From positions 1 to 60,979 of IMG/VR virus record IMGVR_UViG_3300023174_000178: a stretch of 60,979 nucleotides of DNA; one strand, 5' to 3'. Source of the DNA: a virus. Taxonomy: Duplodnaviria > Caudoviricetes. Positions 55,541-60,979 of this stretch are shown here, piece after piece (the stretch's first letter is position 1; each line of letters opens with the position of its first letter). The position numbers and the translations under genes are program-made. The notes under the pieces are model-generated. The model worked only from the letters and a program-made list of their open reading frames with translations. It did not search any database and was not told the origin of the DNA.

Positions 55541-57184
55541 ATGGCCGAGTTATTTGGTTTTGAAATTAAAAGAAAGCAAGAAGAAAAAGAGCTTCCATCA
55601 TTTGCCCCCAAACAGGACGATGATGGAGCTCTTGTTCTTGCCGAAGGTGGAGCTTATGGCCAGTATGTTGATATGGAAGGTGCCATTCGCACCGAGTCAG
55701 AGCTCGTCTCGAAGTATAGAGAGATGGCTCAGCATCCAGATATCGAACTTGCTGTCGATGATATTATCAACGAAGCCGTTGTTATCGATCCCAAAAAAGA
55801 AGTAGTTACTCTGAACCTTGATGATCTGGAACAACCAGAAAAGGTGAAGAAACTTATTCTCGAAGAGTTTGATAAAGTACTCGAGCTGCTCGAGTTTAAT
55901 CAGCACGCCTATGAAATTTTCCGCAAGTGGTATGTCGACGGTAGAATATTCTATCACTTGATGATCGACGAGAAGGCTCCTCGTGAAGGCATCCAAGAAC
56001 TGCGCTACGTAGATCCTCGAAAGCTTCGTAAAGTCAAAACTTACAAGAAAAGAAAAGCTGCCAAGGATTCGAACGTCATTATTCCTGCGACGGGCGAAGA
56101 GTTCTATATCTACAATGAGAATGGTTTCGGTAAAGTACCAACTCAGCCTAACTATCAAGATCCTACTACACAAGGCATTAAGATAGCAGTCGATTCCATT
56201 ATCAACGTATCTTCTGGCCTTGTCAACGTAAAAGGTGATATGGTTCTTGGTTATCTACAAAAGGCTATTAAGCCACTCAACCAGTTAAAGGCGATGGAAG
56301 ACTCATTGGTCATCTATCGTATCTCTCGTGCACCTGAACGTCGTATCTTCTACATCGACGTTGGTAATCTACCTAAAATGAAAGCTGAGCAGTATCTTCG
56401 TGATGTCATGACTCGCTTCAAGAACAAGGTAGTATACGATGCCGGCACAGGCGAGATCAGAGACGATCGCAAGCACATGACAATGCTCGAGGATTTCTGG
56501 CTACCACGCCGTGAAGGTGGTAAGGGTACAGAAATCACTACTCTTCCAGGCGGTCAGAATCTTGGTCAGATCGACGATATCGTTTACTTCCAACGCAAGC
56601 TCTATAAAGCTCTGAACGTTCCTATCTCTCGTTTGGATCCTGAACAGGCATTCAACTTCGGGAGAGCCACAGAAGTCACTCGCGACGAAGTCAAATTTTC
56701 CAAATTCATTACACGTCTTCGTGCTCGATTCTCTGATGTTTTCAGCAAGATCCTCGAGAAGCAACTCATCTTAAAGGGTATTATCACCTCTGAAGATTGG
56801 GCAGAATTCAAGTCCAACTTCAAATATGAGTTCACAGAAGATAACCATTTCGCCGAGCTGAAGAACACTGAGATTCTTCGTGATCGTATCTCCATGCTTC
56901 GTGACGTTGACGACTATGCAGGCAAGTACTACTCGCATGAATGGATTCGTCGTAACGTTCTTTATCAGACAGAAGAAGACATGAAAGAGATTGACAAGCA
57001 GATTGCTGAAGAACTTGACAATCCTCAGTATGCACCACCAGAAATGGGTCCAGACGGCCAGCCACTTCCTCCTGGAGATGTAGGCACACCACCTACTGAG
57101 AACGATGCTACTCCTCCGGCACCCGGTAAACCGAAAACGAAAGCTACTCCTATTCCAAACGTACCAGATTTGGTAGGAAAATAA
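55541..57184 (+). CDS. gp20: Portal protein
   Basis: YREMAQHP, WYVDGR, NQLKAMEDSLVIYRISRAPERRIFYIDVGNLPKMKAEQY, EDFWLPRREGGKGTEITTLPGGQNLG. Confidence 0.98.
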   Translation: MAELFGFEIKRKQEEKELPSFAPKQDDDGALVLAEGGAYGQYVDMEGAIRTESELVSKYREMAQHPDIELAVDDIINEAVVIDPKKEVVTLNLDDLEQPEKVKKLILEEFDKVLELLEFNQHAYEIFRKWYVDGRIFYHLMIDEKAPREGIQELRYVDPRKLRKVKTYKKRKAAKDSNVIIPATGEEFYIYNENGFGKVPTQPNYQDPTTQGIKIAVDSIINVSSGLVNVKGDMVLGYLQKAIKPLNQLKAMEDSLVIYRISRAPERRIFYIDVGNLPKMKAEQYLRDVMTRFKNKVVYDAGTGEIRDDRKHMTMLEDFWLPRREGGKGTEITTLPGGQNLGQIDDIVYFQRKLYKALNVPISRLDPEQAFNFGRATEVTRDEVKFSKFITRLRARFSDVFSKILEKQLILKGIITSEDWAEFKSNFKYEFTEDNHFAELKNTEILRDRISMLRDVDDYAGKYYSHEWIRRNVLYQTEEDMKEIDKQIAEELDNPQYAPPEMGPDGQPLPPGDVGTPPTENDATPPAPGKPKTKATPIPNVPDLVGK

Positions 57185-57190
57185 ATACAT

Positions 57191-57198
57191 TATAAATA
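57191..57198 (+). promoter_or_regulatory. T4-type late promoter
   Basis: TATAAATA, intergenic after gp20. Confidence 0.8.
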
Positions 57199-57222
57199 GT
57201 AAAAGAATTTTGGAGAATTTAT

Positions 57223-57534
57223 ATGGACATTGACGAACTAATTGGAGCCGCTGTCGACCAGCAGCCAACTCGCTTTGCTGCAACATTCGATGATCTCATG
57301 GGTCAAAAGATCGCAGCGAGATTAGAAGACGAGCATACCACATATGCTCAACAAATGTTTGCTTCTGACGAACCTGAAGATGCCGATGAAGAAGAATTCG
57401 AAGATGATTTGGATTTTGACATCGACGACGAAGAGTTCGAAGATGAATTCGAAGACGAAGAATTTGATATAGAAGATCTCGACCTAGAAGATTTAGACAC
57501 AGAGGAAGAAGACGACGATGGCGAAGACGCTTAA
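57223..57534 (+). CDS. Prohead core protein, gp67-like, with very acidic C-terminus
   Basis: Small, directly after the portal gene, D/E-rich tail. Confidence 0.6.
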   Translation: MDIDELIGAAVDQQPTRFAATFDDLMGQKIAARLEDEHTTYAQQMFASDEPEDADEEEFEDDLDFDIDDEEFEDEFEDEEFDIEDLDLEDLDTEEEDDDGEDA

Positions 57535-58738
57535 AGATTTCTTAAATGAAAGACAGCTTGGGCCGATGGTCGTCAAGAATCCTGACGAGCAGAAGTTCAT
57601 CGACAAGCACGTAGTTGCAAAGACTGACGATCGCAACGGCAATGACGACGAGCTTTTCAAAGGTTCGAAGGTCAAGATGGCTGATCGCAAGAAAGATCGC
57701 AAAGGATATAATCCTGGAGAAGACGAAGAAGTATATGAAGAGCTGAAGGGCAATCAGCACAAGATCGATGCCAACAAGAATGGCAAGGTCGATGCGCATG
57801 ACTTTAAACTTCTTCGTGGTAAGAAGAAAGTTGCTGAAGAAGCTGAAGAGCTAGAAGAGCTTTCAGACACAACTCTGGATAACTATAAAGAAAAAGCTGC
57901 AAAAGAAATCCGCGATGCAGATGATAATGATGATAACCGTCATTATAATAAGAGAATGCATGGATACACTTCGGCATTGAAAGCTGGTCAGCGCAATAAT
58001 AAGAAAACCACTAAGGAAGAAGTTGAACAGATGGACGAGCTTTCGAAAGAAACTGTTCGCACCTATTACAACAAGGCTGGAGAGCAAGGCAAGAAGATTG
58101 CTGATAAGATGAAGATGGGTGGCGGTGATTGGTCAAACGACGGATCAGATACTAAGACTCTGAAGAAGCGTGCGGCTGGCCGTACGATGGCTTTGAAGCG
58201 TCGCAGCGGCGAAATCAAGATGTCTGAAGATGCTGAACAGATCGACGAGATCTCGGCCGAAAAGAAAGATGCATACGCTCAAAAAGCTGGCAAGCAACTT
58301 CCAGGTTTGTTTGCAAAAAGCAGCAGTGCTGATGGAGCTCGCAAATACTACAATCGTAAGAACGCTGTTCGTAAGATTGCCAATGAAGAAGCTGAATCTG
58401 TTGAAGAAAAACTAGACATGAAGAAAGCGTCGATGGGAACCGTAATCAAGGATTTCCAAAAGTCTGATGCTCCTCAGTTTATGGGTAAGTCACAGAAGAA
58501 GCGCCAAGTGATGGCGATCGCCGCTAAGCTCTCAGCAGAGCGCGGGGGAAAACCACTAAATAAAGAAGAGCGTCTGCTTGCCAAGCTTGCTGACATTTCA
58601 GAAACACATAAGAGAACGATGGTATCGGTCTTCGATAAACTCAACGAAGATAACCAACGTGAGTTCATGCTAGCCTGCGATACAGCAGAAGGTATCGAGC
58701 AGATGTTGGACTTCTCTATTCAACACAGGGGTGAATAA
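57518..58738 (+). CDS. Prohead core / internal head protein with repeated acidic linkers
   Basis: Located between gp20 and gp21; basic modules separated by EE.E..(D/E)E(L/I)S linkers; contains DANKNGKVDAHDF. Confidence 0.65.
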   Translation: MAKTLKDFLNERQLGPMVVKNPDEQKFIDKHVVAKTDDRNGNDDELFKGSKVKMADRKKDRKGYNPGEDEEVYEELKGNQHKIDANKNGKVDAHDFKLLRGKKKVAEEAEELEELSDTTLDNYKEKAAKEIRDADDNDDNRHYNKRMHGYTSALKAGQRNNKKTTKEEVEQMDELSKETVRTYYNKAGEQGKKIADKMKMGGGDWSNDGSDTKTLKKRAAGRTMALKRRSGEIKMSEDAEQIDEISAEKKDAYAQKAGKQLPGLFAKSSSADGARKYYNRKNAVRKIANEEAESVEEKLDMKKASMGTVIKDFQKSDAPQFMGKSQKKRQVMAIAAKLSAERGGKPLNKEERLLAKLADISETHKRTMVSVFDKLNEDNQREFMLACDTAEGIEQMLDFSIQHRGE

Positions 58739-59130
58739 TGGCCGTAACAGTTTCGAATAGAAAAAATACATCGTTCGTTCTTCACGTCTCTGCTGCGAAT
58801 TCGGGCAACGTAGTTGTTTCTGGTAACAGTACGACGACTAACGTTGCCGGAACATCTACATGTATTGCTACTGGCGACGAAGTTATCTCAGGTGCATACA
58901 TCACTCAAGTTGTATGGGGTTCTGACGGCGCCGGTTCTATCCAAGTTCTTAGAGGTTCAACTCTCGTAGCAGTATACGATTCTACCGGTCAGAAGGATTA
59001 TGCAGGTTGCGGAATTCCGCTCAATGTAAATCCTACTGCAAACCTAGTAGTTAACTTCATTGGTTCATCTAACGCTTACTGCATTCTTGAGCTGCAGAAA
59101 CTAGGCACCACTTCAGAATATTTGAGATAA
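58738..59130 (+). CDS. Hypothetical virion protein
   Basis: 130 aa beta-rich ORF coupled to the upstream gene, before gp21. Confidence 0.7.
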   Translation: MAVTVSNRKNTSFVLHVSAANSGNVVVSGNSTTTNVAGTSTCIATGDEVISGAYITQVVWGSDGAGSIQVLRGSTLVAVYDSTGQKDYAGCGIPLNVNPTANLVVNFIGSSNAYCILELQKLGTTSEYLR

Positions 59131-59139
59131 GGTACTAAC

Positions 59140-59817
59140 ATGAAGCTAATCACAGAAGTTGTAGAAGATCTCAGATGTATTACAGAAGCTCGTGAAGACG
59201 GGAAGAAGAACGTATACATCGAAGGTATCTTTTTACAAGGAGGCATTAAGAACCGTAACGGTCGTATGTATCCTGTAGAAACCCTTGAAAAAGAAGTTAA
59301 TCGTTACGACGAAACTTACATTCAGAAAGGCAGAGCTCTTGGCGAGTTAGGTCATCCTGATGGTCCGTCCATTAACCTCGATCGTGTATCTCACATGATC
59401 ACTTCTTTGAAGAAAGAGGGATCCAACTTTGTAGGTCGTGCTAAGTTGATGGATACTCCAATGGGTAACATCGCCAAAGGCCTTATCGGAGAAGGCGTAA
59501 AGCTCGGTGTATCGTCCAGAGGTATGGGTTCGTTGAAGCTAAATAGAGAAGGCATCAACGAAGTTCAAGACGATTTCTATTTGGCCACAGCTGCAGATAT
59601 CGTAGCCGATCCATCTGCTCCAGATGCATTTGTTAACGGGATTATGGAAGGTGTAGAATGGATTTGGCAAGATGATCTGCTAGTTGCAAAGAAAAATGCA
59701 GCTGCAGTACTCGAGCAAACTGTACAGACCATTGAAAAAGCATCTTCTTCAAGACAGCTTCAAGCTAAACAGTTTGAAATTTTTGAGAACTTCCTCAATA
59801 AAATTTCTAAAATCTAA
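59140..59817 (+). CDS. gp21: Prohead protease
   Basis: MKLITE, YIEGIFLQ...KNRNGRMYP, ALGELGHP, LGVSSRGMGS, DIVADPSAPDAFV.GIME. Confidence 0.97.
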   Translation: MKLITEVVEDLRCITEAREDGKKNVYIEGIFLQGGIKNRNGRMYPVETLEKEVNRYDETYIQKGRALGELGHPDGPSINLDRVSHMITSLKKEGSNFVGRAKLMDTPMGNIAKGLIGEGVKLGVSSRGMGSLKLNREGINEVQDDFYLATAADIVADPSAPDAFVNGIMEGVEWIWQDDLLVAKKNAAAVLEQTVQTIEKASSSRQLQAKQFEIFENFLNKISKI

Positions 59818-59854
59818 CTTAGAATAAATAAATAAAATCTACAAGGAGTCAAAA

Positions 59855-60853
59855 ATGTCAAATAAAGATACGAATGAAATCGTTCAAGACGAATTTCATG
59901 AAGATGGTCTCGAAGAGTCTGCTGGTTCGGAAACGCTAAAGCCAAACCCAACACGTGCAGAGATGCTGGCTACTTTCAGCCAACTTCTTTCGCAGTTGAA
60001 GGGCGAAGATCTTTCGCACTTCTTCAATGACTCTATCCAGAAGTATAGCGCAGACGGCGTTCCTTCAGCGACTGCACCAGGTGGTGCTCCAGCTATTGGT
60101 AAGATGCCAATGCCTACGCTGAACGCAGTTAAGGAAGATATCGCAGAAGTATTCTCTGGCGAAGATCTAACTGAAGAAGCAAAAGAAAAGTTTTCAACAA
60201 TCTTCGAAGCAGCTGTATCAGCTCGCGTTTCGATCGAAGAAGCTCGTCTCGAAGAAGAGTTCGAAGCTAAGCTCGACGAAGCAGTAGAAGAAGTTAAAGA
60301 AGAGATCACTACAAAAGTCGATCAGTATCTCGACTATGTAGTAGAATCGTGGATGGAAGATAACAAGCTTGCTATCGAATCCACAGTCCGCGCCGATATT
60401 GCAGAGAACTTCATGGAAGGCCTCTACAATCTGTTTGCTGAATCTTACATCACAGTGCCAGAAGAAAAGCTTGATGTAGTTGGTGAACTGAAGGCACAAC
60501 TCGAAGAGCTAGAAGCCAAGCTCGACGAGTCTGTAAACAAGCAACTAGAACTGCAGTCAGTAATCGACGAAGCTACAATGGAAGCAACGTTCGACGAAGT
60601 GACTGAAGGTCTTGCTGCTACACAAGTAGAAAAGCTTCGCACGCTTGCAGAAGGTATTGAATTCACAGATAGCGAGTCTTATGCAAAGAAACTCGACATT
60701 CTGAAGGGCAAGTACTTCTCTGAAAAGAAAGAAGTTAACACTGGTGTTATTTCGGAAGAAGCAACAGAAGGTCTTAACGAAGAAACTAAGGCTGTAGCAG
60801 TTGGCGAAATGGCAAACTATGTCAGCGCGATTTCGAGAACCAAAAAGTTTTAA
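59855..60853 (+). CDS. gp22: Prohead core scaffold protein
   Basis: Acidic coiled coil; L.EE.KEK..TIFEAAV, VD.YLDYVVE.WM..N.LAIE, F.EGL..LF.E.YI.VPEEK; AATAAATA at 59823-59830 upstream. Confidence 0.93.
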   Translation: MSNKDTNEIVQDEFHEDGLEESAGSETLKPNPTRAEMLATFSQLLSQLKGEDLSHFFNDSIQKYSADGVPSATAPGGAPAIGKMPMPTLNAVKEDIAEVFSGEDLTEEAKEKFSTIFEAAVSARVSIEEARLEEEFEAKLDEAVEEVKEEITTKVDQYLDYVVESWMEDNKLAIESTVRADIAENFMEGLYNLFAESYITVPEEKLDVVGELKAQLEELEAKLDESVNKQLELQSVIDEATMEATFDEVTEGLAATQVEKLRTLAEGIEFTDSESYAKKLDILKGKYFSEKKEVNTGVISEEATEGLNEETKAVAVGEMANYVSAISRTKKF

Positions 60854-60897
60854 TTTGATAAATAATAAACAAATCCTAAGGATAAAGGGAGAATAAA

Positions 60898-60979
60898 ATG
60901 TTAGCTGAGGAACTAAATACCAAGTGGAAGCCAGTGCTCGAGCACTCGGATCTTCCAGAAATTACAGATGCTCACAAGC
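60898..60979 (+). CDS. gp23: Major capsid protein, N-terminal fragment (runs off right edge)
   Basis: MLAEELNTKWKPVLEHSDLPEITDAHK after a GGGAG RBS and GATAAATA at 60857-60864; follows gp22. Confidence 0.88.
   Translation, partial: MLAEELNTKWKPVLEHSDLPEITDAHK

Noticed and set aside
49893-57184. Introns, inteins or homing endonucleases in terminase, sheath or portal
   Set aside because: gp17 and gp20 are continuous and of normal size; gp18 inserts lack intein or endonuclease motifs
1-60979. tRNA, rRNA, integrase or transposase genes
   Set aside because: Intergenic gaps are nearly all under about 90 nt and show no such structures; no recombinase motifs recognised

Overview
This is the late (virion morphogenesis) region of a large T4-like myophage. 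It runs from a partial gp54/gp19-like gene, gp2 and gp4 on the minus strand through the baseplate genes (gp48, gp53, hub, lysozyme-less gp5, gp25, gp6, enlarged gp7 and gp8, a split VrlC/DUF4815-like pair). It continues through about 13.5 kb of modular fibre genes, then neck, terminase, sheath, tube, portal and prohead genes (gp13-gp22), and ends in the first codons of gp23. T4-type late promoters (TATAAATA) punctuate the region. Two things stand out. (1) ORF 37786-39681 is a Gly/Pro/Asn-rich fibre-like protein with 24 repeats of one type followed by 24 of another, whose length and sequence variants match in mirror order around a central turn, suggesting a long antiparallel hairpin needle. (2) Immediately downstream (39703-47123) is an 11-gene enzyme island: three 2OG-Fe(II) oxygenases, a hydroxyproline-GlcNAc-transferase-like GT, a second GT-A enzyme, two sulfotransferase-like proteins, a desaturase and three unknowns. 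Together they look like a phage-encoded hydroxylation-glycosylation-sulfation system for decorating virion fibres; this is inference. A Coq4-like gene also sits between terminase and sheath. All calls rest on motif recognition and synteny, with no database searches.
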